Below the pieces are notes generated by a model that made no database searches, was not told the origin of the DNA, and was given only the letters and a program-made list of their open reading frames with translations. A stretch of 64,000 bases of DNA from Candidatus Sericytochromatia bacterium (GTDB taxonomy: Bacteria; Cyanobacteriota; Sericytochromatia; UBA7694), in NCBI GenBank assembly GCA_015272195.1, contig JACYMC010000046.1, positions 4,139-68,138 on the forward strand. Reading direction: 5' to 3'. Numbering within the stretch: the first letter of the stretch is position 1; every line of letters starts with the position of its first letter. Position numbers and translations under genes: made by a program. This document shows positions 45,068 through 53,080 of the stretch, piece by piece.

Positions 45068-47047
45068 ATGACCGCCAACCGCTTCTATGTCACCACCCCC
45101 ATTTATTATGTCAACGATGAAGCCCATATTGGCCACGCTTATACCACCACCCTGGCTGATGTGCTCAATCGCTATCACCGGCTGTTTGGGGCTGACACCT
45201 TTTTTCTGACCGGCACCGATGAGCACGGCCAGAAAGTGCAGCAGGCCGCCGAAAAACGCGGCATCTCCCCCCAGGCTCACTGTGATGAGATGGCACCGCG
45301 CTTTGCCCGGCTCTGGCAGACCATGCATATTCAGCCAGATGATTTTGTGCGCACCACCGAAGCCCGTCATACGGCCATTGTGCGTGACGTGCTGCAGAAG
45401 ATCTGGGACAAAGACCTGATCTATGCGGATGTCTACAAGGGTTTTTATGAGATCTCTGAAGAACGCTTTTTGACCGACAAAGAGATGCAAGCCAAGGGCT
45501 ATACAGCTGAGAGCCCCGAAGTCGTGCAGATCGAAGAAAAAAATTACTTCTTTAAAATGAGCCAGTTTCAGGACTGGCTGATTGGCCATATTGAGAGCTA
45601 CCCCGAATTTATTCAGCCTGAAGGCCGCCGCAAAGAAATTCTGGGTTTTTTAAAGCAGCCTCTGGGGGATTTGTGTATTTCACGGCCCAAGTCCCGACTG
45701 AGCTGGGGCGTGGAGCTGCCCTTTGACACAGATTACGTCACCTACGTCTGGTTTGACGCTTTGCTCAATTATGTCTCGGTGCATCTTGATCGCGGCGGTG
45801 AAGCCGAGCTGCAAAAATGGTGGCCCCACGCGGTGCATCTGGTGGGCAAAGATATTCTGACCACCCACGCGGTCTACTGGCCCACCATGCTCAAAGCAGC
45901 CGGCTATGAGCCTTTTCAATCCCTGATTGCTCACGGCTGGTGGCTGATGGACAACGCCAAAATGAGCAAGTCCAAAGGCAATGTGGTCAAACCGCTCGAT
46001 TTAATGCAGAAATACGGTGTAGACGCGTTTCGCTACTTCCTGATCCGCGATATGAGCCTGGGCCAGGACAGTCAGTTTTCAGAGCAGGCCCTGGTGGAGC
46101 GTATGAACTCAGATCTTGCCAACGATTTTGGCAATCTGCTGAACCGCACCTTAAAACTGCTCGATAAATACTTTCAGGGTGTGATTCCCTCGCCGGGTCC
46201 AGCCGGTGAGCTGGAGCAGGAACTGGTGACGCTGGCCGAGCAGACCCTGACGGACGTGCGCCAGCTGGTGGGCGAGTACAAACTGCACACGGCCCTCGAA
46301 ACCATTCTGCAGCTGGTGCGCCGGGCCAATAAGTACCTGGAGCAGACGGCTCCCTGGAAGCTGGCCAAAGCCGATCTGGCGGCTGCCGGCAGCGTGCTCT
46401 GGCATGTGCTGGAGGTTTTTCGCCTGGCTGCCACCCTGTTGTCGCCGGTGATTCCCGGCAAAATGCAAGCTCTGCTGACGCAGCTGGGTCTGTCTGAAGA
46501 CACCCTGCAGCTGCGCTGGGGTGTTCTGCCTGCCGGCATCCAGACCGGCGCTGCTGAAGCCCTGTTTCCCCGACAGGAACTGATCAAACAAGAGGACGAA
46601 ACCATGAGTGAAACCCTGAACGAAACCACAAATGCAAGCCCCGAAGCCAAAATTGAACCCACTGCGCAGGCCGCTGCAACGACTGCACCTGCAGCGCCTC
46701 CGGCTGAAGACCCCCCCGAAAACGTGCTGATAGATATTCAGGACTTTGCCAAAGTGCAGCTGCGCGTGGCCGAGGTCACCTTTGCCGAGCGCGTGCCCAA
46801 AACCGATAAGCTGCTGCGCCTGGAAGTCTCGCTGGGTGATGAAACCCGCCAGATCGTGGCCGGTATTGCGGCTTATTATGAGCCTGAAGCCCTGGTGGGC
46901 AAGCAGATTGTGATTGTGGCCAATCTGAAGCCTGCCAAACTGCGCGGCATTATGTCACACGGCATGCTGCTGGCCGCCAAATCCGGTGACCAGCTCAGCG
47001 TGCTTGGCCCTATCAACAGCGTGGCCACAGGTGCCAGCATCAGCTGA
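45068..47047 (+). CDS. metG: Methionyl-tRNA synthetase with C-terminal tRNA-binding domain
   Basis: TTPIYYVN..AHIGHAY, KMSKSKGN and C-terminal Trbp111-like domain (ANLKPAKLRG..SHGMLL). Confidence 0.97.
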   Translation: MTANRFYVTTPIYYVNDEAHIGHAYTTTLADVLNRYHRLFGADTFFLTGTDEHGQKVQQAAEKRGISPQAHCDEMAPRFARLWQTMHIQPDDFVRTTEARHTAIVRDVLQKIWDKDLIYADVYKGFYEISEERFLTDKEMQAKGYTAESPEVVQIEEKNYFFKMSQFQDWLIGHIESYPEFIQPEGRRKEILGFLKQPLGDLCISRPKSRLSWGVELPFDTDYVTYVWFDALLNYVSVHLDRGGEAELQKWWPHAVHLVGKDILTTHAVYWPTMLKAAGYEPFQSLIAHGWWLMDNAKMSKSKGNVVKPLDLMQKYGVDAFRYFLIRDMSLGQDSQFSEQALVERMNSDLANDFGNLLNRTLKLLDKYFQGVIPSPGPAGELEQELVTLAEQTLTDVRQLVGEYKLHTALETILQLVRRANKYLEQTAPWKLAKADLAAAGSVLWHVLEVFRLAATLLSPVIPGKMQALLTQLGLSEDTLQLRWGVLPAGIQTGAAEALFPRQELIKQEDETMSETLNETTNASPEAKIEPTAQAAATTAPAAPPAEDPPENVLIDIQDFAKVQLRVAEVTFAERVPKTDKLLRLEVSLGDETRQIVAGIAAYYEPEALVGKQIVIVANLKPAKLRGIMSHGMLLAAKSGDQLSVLGPINSVATGASIS

Positions 47048-47078
47048 ATCTGAATTTACAAGCTATGGGAGGTTTCCG

Positions 47079-47675
47079 ATGACAGAACTTGAAATCCTGT
47101 TTTCCAGCGGCCAGGGTATTCTGGTCCAGATGGAAGATCGTGAGGCGGCCCTGCGCTTTATGCAGCGGGCCATGGAGTACAATCTCGAAAGCGAGCAGGG
47201 GCTTTATCACCTGTCGACCGATTATGAGGAAATTCTGATTGATCTGGGCGATATCAGCTTTGTGCGTCTGCGCAAAGAAAACCATCCCCGCATTGGGGCC
47301 ACCCTCAAAATTCCGGCCCAGACCTCTTTTCACGACAAAGTGCCCGGCGCTGATGCCCGCCAGCAGCAGGCCGAGCCGGCAGCCGAACAGCCCGCTGAGC
47401 CCCGGCATTTTACGGTGGATCCCGAAGGCAATGTGGCCGAAGACCCGGTGGTCAAAAAGTTTGAACAGGCGGAGGCCCGTATTCGCCAGGCCGAGGCCCG
47501 TCTGGACCAGATGGAGGCGCAGAAGCGCAAACTGGAGGCTGAGCTGCGCAAAAGCAGCGAGGAACTCGAAGAGCTGGAAGACGCGGTCAAAGAGGCCGAT
47601 CTGCGCAAAGCCATTGAAGGCATTGAAATCGATGGCGAACTGAAGCAAATGAAACAGCGGCAGTCGGATGGCTGA
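47079..47675 (+). CDS. Hypothetical protein with C-terminal coiled coil resembling the PspA/IM30 C-terminus
   Basis: ATG 47079 with GGAGG SD. C-terminus KFEQAEARI...LEAEL...LEELE...IDGELKQMK. Overlaps glmM by 8 nt. Confidence 0.65.
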   Translation: MTELEILFSSGQGILVQMEDREAALRFMQRAMEYNLESEQGLYHLSTDYEEILIDLGDISFVRLRKENHPRIGATLKIPAQTSFHDKVPGADARQQQAEPAAEQPAEPRHFTVDPEGNVAEDPVVKKFEQAEARIRQAEARLDQMEAQKRKLEAELRKSSEELEELEDAVKEADLRKAIEGIEIDGELKQMKQRQSDG

Positions 47676-49011
47676 TCGTCACTGGTTTGGCACAGACGGG
47701 GTGCGGGGCGTGGCCAATGAGCGCCTCAGCCCGGAACTGGCCTTAAAACTCGCTTCAGGTGCAGCCCAGGTGTTGTCAGCCGGGAGCCCGCAGCGGCCGA
47801 TCGCCCTGATTGGCAAAGACACCCGCCAGTCTGGCGATATGCTGGAGTCCGCCCTGGCCGCTGGTTTTGCCGCCATGGGCTGGGATGTGGCGCTGCTGGG
47901 TGTGGTGCCCACGCCGGCGGTGGCCTGGCTGACCCGTCAGCGCGGCGCCCAGCTGGGGGCCATGATTTCAGCTTCACACAACCCCGCTCCCGATAACGGC
48001 ATCAAGTTTTTTGACCACACTGGCCACAAGCTCTCTGATGCCATTGAGGCAGCCATCGAAGCCACCATGGATCAGATCCCGCCACGCCAGACGGGGGCGG
48101 GGGTCGGGCGGATTCAGACTTTATCACAGGCGGCCTGTACGCCCTACCTGGCGCATTTGCAACAGACGGATCTGATTTCTCTCAGCTCCCTCCGGATTGC
48201 TGTGGATCTGGCCCACGGGGCCATGGTGGATCTCGCACCGGCCCTGTTTGAGGCGCTGGGGGTGCAGGCCCATTATCTGCACCGTGAGCCCGACGGCATG
48301 AACATTAACCAGGCCTGTGGCTCCACCCATCTTGAAGCCTTACAGGCCTATGTGCAGACGCATCAGCTGGATTTGGGCGTGGCCTTTGACGGTGACGGTG
48401 ACCGCTGCCTGGCGGTGGGTCCCCAGGGCCAGCTGATTGATGGCGATCAGATGTTGTATCTGTGCCGGCGCTATTTGCCGGTGCTGCAGCGCGAAGGCAC
48501 GGTGGTGGCCACCGTGATGAGCAATCTGGGGCTGGAGCAGGCCCTCAAAGCCCTCGACTGCCAGCTCTTGCGTACGGCAGTGGGTGATCGCTATGTGCTG
48601 GAAGCCATGCAGGCGGGGCAGCATGCCCTGGGGGGTGAGCAATCGGGCCACCTGATCTTTGCGCCCTATCAGTCTACCGGTGATGGCCTTTTAAGTGCGC
48701 TGCAGCTGATGAACGCCGTGGCCCGCAGCGGCAAAACCCTCACTGAACTGCTGAGCGACATGCCGCAGTATCCGCAACTGCTTAAAAATGTGGTGGTCAG
48801 CGCCCACTGGCAGCAGCACTGGCCTGAGCACATCGGCCTGCAGGCGGCAGCCCAGGCCGCCAACGCCCGTCTGGCCGATCAGGGCCGTCTGCTGTTGCGT
48901 GCTTCGGGGACCGAACCCAAGCTGCGGGTGATGGCCGAAGGCGCTGATGCCCAAATGGTCACGGCGGTTGTGAACGAACTCTGTGCGCTGATTGCCGCTG
49001 AAATGACCTGA
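47668..49011 (+). CDS. glmM: Phosphoglucosamine mutase
   Basis: FGTDGVRG, ISASHNP, DGDGDR, GGEQSGH and RASGTEP motifs. Confidence 0.95.
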   Translation: MADRHWFGTDGVRGVANERLSPELALKLASGAAQVLSAGSPQRPIALIGKDTRQSGDMLESALAAGFAAMGWDVALLGVVPTPAVAWLTRQRGAQLGAMISASHNPAPDNGIKFFDHTGHKLSDAIEAAIEATMDQIPPRQTGAGVGRIQTLSQAACTPYLAHLQQTDLISLSSLRIAVDLAHGAMVDLAPALFEALGVQAHYLHREPDGMNINQACGSTHLEALQAYVQTHQLDLGVAFDGDGDRCLAVGPQGQLIDGDQMLYLCRRYLPVLQREGTVVATVMSNLGLEQALKALDCQLLRTAVGDRYVLEAMQAGQHALGGEQSGHLIFAPYQSTGDGLLSALQLMNAVARSGKTLTELLSDMPQYPQLLKNVVVSAHWQQHWPEHIGLQAAAQAANARLADQGRLLLRASGTEPKLRVMAEGADAQMVTAVVNELCALIAAEMT

Positions 49012-49014
49012 AGC

Positions 49015-51723
49015 CTAGTCCTGGATGCGCTGCAACTCGACCCGTGTCAGCTTGTGCCCGCTCTGACCCGTATACGGGCAGCGCACCCGGTGGCTGGTCA
49101 GCAGGTTCACGGCTTTTTGCTGGCTGATTTCGGCCTGGTGTTTGTAAATGCTCAGATAGACCGTTTCGCCTTTGAGGCGTGAGGTGGGCATCACGCTCAG
49201 AACCATGGTGCTGCGGGTTTCGTTGTTGGTGATCCAGACCCGGTCGCCCTCGCTGAGATTATAGCGCTCGGCCAGCATATACGAGACAAACAGCGGGTGA
49301 GCGGCGGGGATATCCTGGGTGTTGGCCAGCCGCGAAAAGTTAAAATTATTGCTCTGCTCCTGGCGCAGGGGCTCCGGGGCCAGGCGCTCCAGCAGGCCTC
49401 TGCCCGTGCAGAGCACAATGCCGCGTGGCAACTCCAGATCCGCGCTGCTGGGGGTAAAAAAGCGAAAGCGCACGGGTTCACCGTACAGATTTTGCAGGGG
49501 CAGGGCTTGAGGCTGGCTGGCATCCAGGCGCTGACGCGTGCTGCCCACCCCGCCGTGGATCAGGCTGCCGGCCTGCAGCAGCTCTTCCCAGGTGATGATG
49601 CGCCCGTCCGGGTGCCGTGGCTGGCAGTAGAGCGGGCGGCCATTGCCGCTGCTGCCGCTGAAATAGTGCTGAATGCGTTCCCAGAGCACAGCCCGGTTCA
49701 CTTCGCCTTCCTGACGCGGCAGGCCTTCGGCTTCAAAGTGCCGGGTCAGATAGCCAGCCCGGTTGAGCTGGGCCAGATCGGCATGCTGCAGACGCAGGCC
49801 GTCATGCTGGCGCAGCAGGCGGCTGATGGTGGCCATCAGGTCATAAACAATGGTGGTGTCGCTGCGGGCCTGGCTGGGGGCCTTGCGCCGGGGCAAAGAC
49901 AGGCTCAGGCGCCATTCGCCGTTCTGAAACAGCTTGCCGCAGGAGACATGGGGCGGGGTGGGCAAAATCAGGGCGGCATATTTCAGGGCAAAGGCGTCGG
50001 GCGTGGGGTCAATCACCACAAACTGGGTCTGCCGTGCCATCAGCTTGCGCAGCCAGCGGGTGCGGTTCATCATGCTGCTGGCAAACTGGCTACCAAAAAA
50101 GATAAACAGCTCTTTGCGCGGATCCGGCTCCGAAAAATCCAGCGCCAGCCGGGGCGTGATCTGCAGGTTTTTGGCGTAGGCATCTTCGGGCAGGCCCAGC
50201 CGCAGGGCGGCTTCAGCGGCGCCGGCATCGTCCACCGGAATGCGGCCCATAAAGTGCTGGGGCGAGAGGCTTTGCAGGTGGGTTTCGTGGTTGGCCTGGC
50301 CGGGCAGTTGCAAGACCCCGCCCGCCAGCTGGCCGTCAGGCTTCAGGCCAAACTTGCCCAGCATGGCCAGCAGGTTGGCCCAGAGGCAGTGGGGTATCAC
50401 CCCCCGCGTCTGTGAAAAGCCCATGGAGGGAATGTGCACGGGCACGCAGGCCGGATCGGCCAGCCGGGCGGCAATGGCATGAATGGCGTTGACAATGCGT
50501 TTGCGGTATTTAAACTCCGGCGCAATCCGTTCGGCCACGGCTTCGGCTTCAAAGTCCGGATCCAGGGCCAGCTCCCGAAAGCGCGCAAAGCTCTCGGCAT
50601 CGGTAAAATGTGTCAGAAAGTCATTGTTCAGGGCTTCAGGATGTTGCAGCAGGCAGGCCCGGGCAATGGCCAGAGCCAGCTGGCTGTCGCCCCCGGAGCG
50701 GATGATCAGCACCCGCTCAGAGTCCAGCCGGTGGGAAAGGGCCTGGGCTGACTCGGACATCATGACTTCAACCAGCCAGGCGTCCAGATCCGGGCGGTTG
50801 AGCAGGGCCTCAAAAATAGGGGGGTGACTGACGGCCCCATTCCAGCCGTTGAGCAGATAGAGCGCGTTGGGGCTGTGCAGGGCCTGATCAATGCTCACAA
50901 AAGGTGCGGGCTCGCCGCCGTGCAGGGTGGTGTAAAGTCCGCCGGAGAGGTAGCCGTGCTCGGCATTGCTGTTCATGTTGCGCACCCCCAGCAGGCGAAA
51001 GACCTCCTGAATGGCAAAGACGGCAAAGTAGTCCAACTGGCCGCTGGCATAGACCAGGGTGCGGGCGCGGGGCGGGCGGTGCTCCAGTACCAGTCGCGCA
51101 AAGCGCTCCAGGGCTTCTTCATAAAACAGGGGCACGCGCTGGCCCGTAATATCCAGCACGCTGGGACGCAGATGCAGTGGATGAAAGCCGGCACTCTCGC
51201 CCAGAGCCAGGGCAAAGCGGCGGCAGCCGGGGGTGGGCTGGGGATTTTCGGCGGTGGGCAGGCTGTATTTGAGTCCGCGCGGGTGAATCATAAAGCGCTG
51301 GGCCAGGGTCTGGCCGTCGGGCTCCAGCAGCAGATCAAAGGCCCGCAGCTTAAAGTGCTGTTTGCCGTGTTCGTTTTGCAGCCAGCCGCCACAGAGCTGG
51401 CCGGGTTTAAACAGGGCTTCTTTGGTCAGTACCTGCAAATAGCCACCCTGTATCAGGGCCGGGTAGCGTGTACCGGGCTGGTGCTCAAAGCAGAAGTTGC
51501 CGGCCTGGGTTTCCTGGCGTGCTTTTTCGGCCGCCTGCCGGCCCGGCTGGCGCAGTTTGAGCCGGGCGCTGGTGCCCACGCCGCAAAAAGGGCAGGCAAA
51601 CTGGCCCGTATGCTGGGCGCGGGGCTGACCGTCGGCAAAGAGCCAGCCTGGCAGATCGTGTAAAGGCTCCAGATAAGAGGCGTCTTCAATGGTGGGCAGG
51701 CTGTTCTGAAACGACTGATCCAT
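49015..51723 (-). CDS. Molybdopterin oxidoreductase (NapA/NasA-like) homolog lacking key cysteine ligands
   Basis: CPFCGVG, YASGQL, G.RN...N, GQAN, VVIDP and FQNGEWR motifs, plus a C-terminal molybdopterin-dinucleotide-binding-like region. Confidence 0.75.
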   Translation of the reverse strand: MDQSFQNSLPTIEDASYLEPLHDLPGWLFADGQPRAQHTGQFACPFCGVGTSARLKLRQPGRQAAEKARQETQAGNFCFEHQPGTRYPALIQGGYLQVLTKEALFKPGQLCGGWLQNEHGKQHFKLRAFDLLLEPDGQTLAQRFMIHPRGLKYSLPTAENPQPTPGCRRFALALGESAGFHPLHLRPSVLDITGQRVPLFYEEALERFARLVLEHRPPRARTLVYASGQLDYFAVFAIQEVFRLLGVRNMNSNAEHGYLSGGLYTTLHGGEPAPFVSIDQALHSPNALYLLNGWNGAVSHPPIFEALLNRPDLDAWLVEVMMSESAQALSHRLDSERVLIIRSGGDSQLALAIARACLLQHPEALNNDFLTHFTDAESFARFRELALDPDFEAEAVAERIAPEFKYRKRIVNAIHAIAARLADPACVPVHIPSMGFSQTRGVIPHCLWANLLAMLGKFGLKPDGQLAGGVLQLPGQANHETHLQSLSPQHFMGRIPVDDAGAAEAALRLGLPEDAYAKNLQITPRLALDFSEPDPRKELFIFFGSQFASSMMNRTRWLRKLMARQTQFVVIDPTPDAFALKYAALILPTPPHVSCGKLFQNGEWRLSLSLPRRKAPSQARSDTTIVYDLMATISRLLRQHDGLRLQHADLAQLNRAGYLTRHFEAEGLPRQEGEVNRAVLWERIQHYFSGSSGNGRPLYCQPRHPDGRIITWEELLQAGSLIHGGVGSTRQRLDASQPQALPLQNLYGEPVRFRFFTPSSADLELPRGIVLCTGRGLLERLAPEPLRQEQSNNFNFSRLANTQDIPAAHPLFVSYMLAERYNLSEGDRVWITNNETRSTMVLSVMPTSRLKGETVYLSIYKHQAEISQQKAVNLLTSHRVRCPYTGQSGHKLTRVELQRIQD

Positions 51724-51726
51724 TCG

Positions 51727-52200
51727 TCAGGTGGCGTGCTTGATGCGCTGATTGGCCCCGCGCAGACGCCGGCTCAGAATTTCGGCCACGCCCATCATAA
51801 AACGGGCGGCTGTCGCCGGCTGCTGGTCGAGCAGCTCGCTGAACTGTTCGGGAGTGATGCTGAAGACCTCGGCGGCTTCGGTGGCCGTGACTTTGGCCGA
51901 GCGGGGCTGGGCGTCCAGAAAGGCCATTTCGCCGAAGATCAGCCCCTCACCGGCACAAAAAAAGCGCATGGGCTCACCCAGGGTATTCTGGGTGGTGATT
52001 TCAAACTCACCTTTGACAATCACATAGAGCCGGTGGTCGGTGTCGCCTTCAGCAAACACCACCTCACCGGCTGCATAGTGCCGGGTTTCGCAGCGTTTCA
52101 TGACCTCAAACACATCGCGGTCGTTCATATTGTAGAAGATCCGCAGATCCTTCAGGGCATGAATTTTGTTCAGAATGGCCTGTCGTTGCGCTTCATCCAT
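51727..52200 (-). CDS. Stand-alone cyclic-nucleotide-binding domain protein
   Basis: VFAEGD...LYVIVKG, FGEMAFLD..PRSA.V.A and C-terminal helix. No HTH. Confidence 0.9.
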   Translation of the reverse strand: MDEAQRQAILNKIHALKDLRIFYNMNDRDVFEVMKRCETRHYAAGEVVFAEGDTDHRLYVIVKGEFEITTQNTLGEPMRFFCAGEGLIFGEMAFLDAQPRSAKVTATEAAEVFSITPEQFSELLDQQPATAARFMMGVAEILSRRLRGANQRIKHAT

Positions 52201-52234
52201 GGCTTTGCCTCGGTGCTCTCCCAGTCTTACCTTT

Positions 52235-52243
52235 AGTTTAGCA
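52235..52243 (-). promoter_or_regulatory. Extended -10 element upstream of the cNMP-binding gene
   Basis: Minus strand TGcTAAACT about 35 nt upstream of the ATG at 52200. Confidence 0.4.
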
Positions 52244-52281
52244 CTCCTGCCGCGCTGACGGTAGCCTTGTCAGATGATGCC

Positions 52282-52821
52282 TCAGGCACATCCACAGTCC
52301 TGACAGGATTGCACCGAGTGGGTGCCGCAGTGTTGCTGGAGCTGGCGGCGCAGGGCCCTGCGGGCCCGGTGCAGACGCACGCTGGCCAGGTTGGGACTGA
52401 TGCCCAGGCTCCGGGCCGTTTGCTGCACGCTCTGCTGCAGGCTTTGCAGAATCAGGGTCTGGTCCAGGGCCGGCAGGCGTTCGACATAGCCCAGCACGCA
52501 GGGGCAGGGATTGACTTCGTCTGCTGTGTCACTGGCGTTCTGCGCATCGCTGAGGTGCAGCAGGGCGCTGTCGGGCAGGGCCTGCTCGCGGGTCTGCGCG
52601 CGCTGCAGATCGCTCAGGGTGCGGCTCAGAATCCGGTAAAGCCAGCTTTTGAGGGCCGCCGGATGCCTGAGCTGCGCTTTTCGCTCCAGGGCCTTGAGCA
52701 GGGTTTGCTGCACGGCGTCTTCGGCCAGCTCGGGCTTATGGCTGCGCGCCAGGGCCCAGCGCAGCAGCGCCGGGCGCAGGGCCAGCAGGGCGTTTGTCAG
52801 GTCAGGATCCGGGGGCGACAT
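52282..52821 (-). CDS. ECF sigma factor, CorE/ECF44-like (CxC linker plus C-terminal Cys-rich domain)
   Basis: sigma2 (AEDAVQQTLLKA...WLYRI), CPC linker, sigma4 (LGIS....SVRLHRARRAL), and tail HCGTHSVQSCQDCGCA. Start taken as ATG 52821. Confidence 0.85.
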   Translation of the reverse strand: MSPPDPDLTNALLALRPALLRWALARSHKPELAEDAVQQTLLKALERKAQLRHPAALKSWLYRILSRTLSDLQRAQTREQALPDSALLHLSDAQNASDTADEVNPCPCVLGYVERLPALDQTLILQSLQQSVQQTARSLGISPNLASVRLHRARRALRRQLQQHCGTHSVQSCQDCGCA

Positions 52822-52825
52822 CGGG

Positions 52826-52963
52826 CTAGTTGCCGGGACAGCGGCATTCGGGCGGACAGCCACAGCCAGGGCCGCATTGGCAGACCTCGCCACAGCAGCA
52901 GCCGCTTTCGGGCGGCACGCTGCAGGGGCAGTTATCACAACAGTTGGCAAGTGGTTTTAACAT
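52826..52963 (-). CDS. Unannotated metallothionein-like peptide (45 aa, 13 Cys)
   Basis: Own translation: MLKPLANCCDNCPCSVPPESGCCCGEVCQCGPGCGCPPECRCPGN*. GGAG SD 7 nt before the ATG. Stop lies 4 nt before the sigma ATG. Confidence 0.85.
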   Translation of the reverse strand: MLKPLANCCDNCPCSVPPESGCCCGEVCQCGPGCGCPPECRCPGN

Positions 52964-53015
52964 TGGCTTTCTCCAGTGCTTTTATTCATGCAGGTGTTTG
53001 GCCTGCTGATACACA

Positions 53016-53042
53016 GACGCACAGACACCCTTTGATCTTACA
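53016..53042 (-). promoter_or_regulatory. Candidate ECF-type promoter of the metallothionein-sigma operon
   Basis: Minus strand TGTAAG (53042-37), N17, CGTC (53019-16), about 52 nt upstream of the metallothionein ATG. Confidence 0.45.
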
Positions 53043-53080
53043 CTTTTGCGACCTAAAAAAACAACTTGTGGGGGCGGAAC

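Noticed and set aside
49297-50415. 372-aa plus-strand ORF (also 29647..30999, 53066..54127, 59913..61049 and similar)
   Set aside because: Each lies antisense to a well-supported gene and has no domain signal or SD support.
52822-52950. ORF-track N-terminal extension of the ECF sigma (MPTVVITAPAACRPKAAAA...) from TTG 52950
   Set aside because: Low-complexity off-frame shadow of the Cys-rich ORF with no suitably spaced SD. The SD-equipped ATG at 52963 opens the metallothionein frame instead. The fusion possibility is kept as a separate finding.
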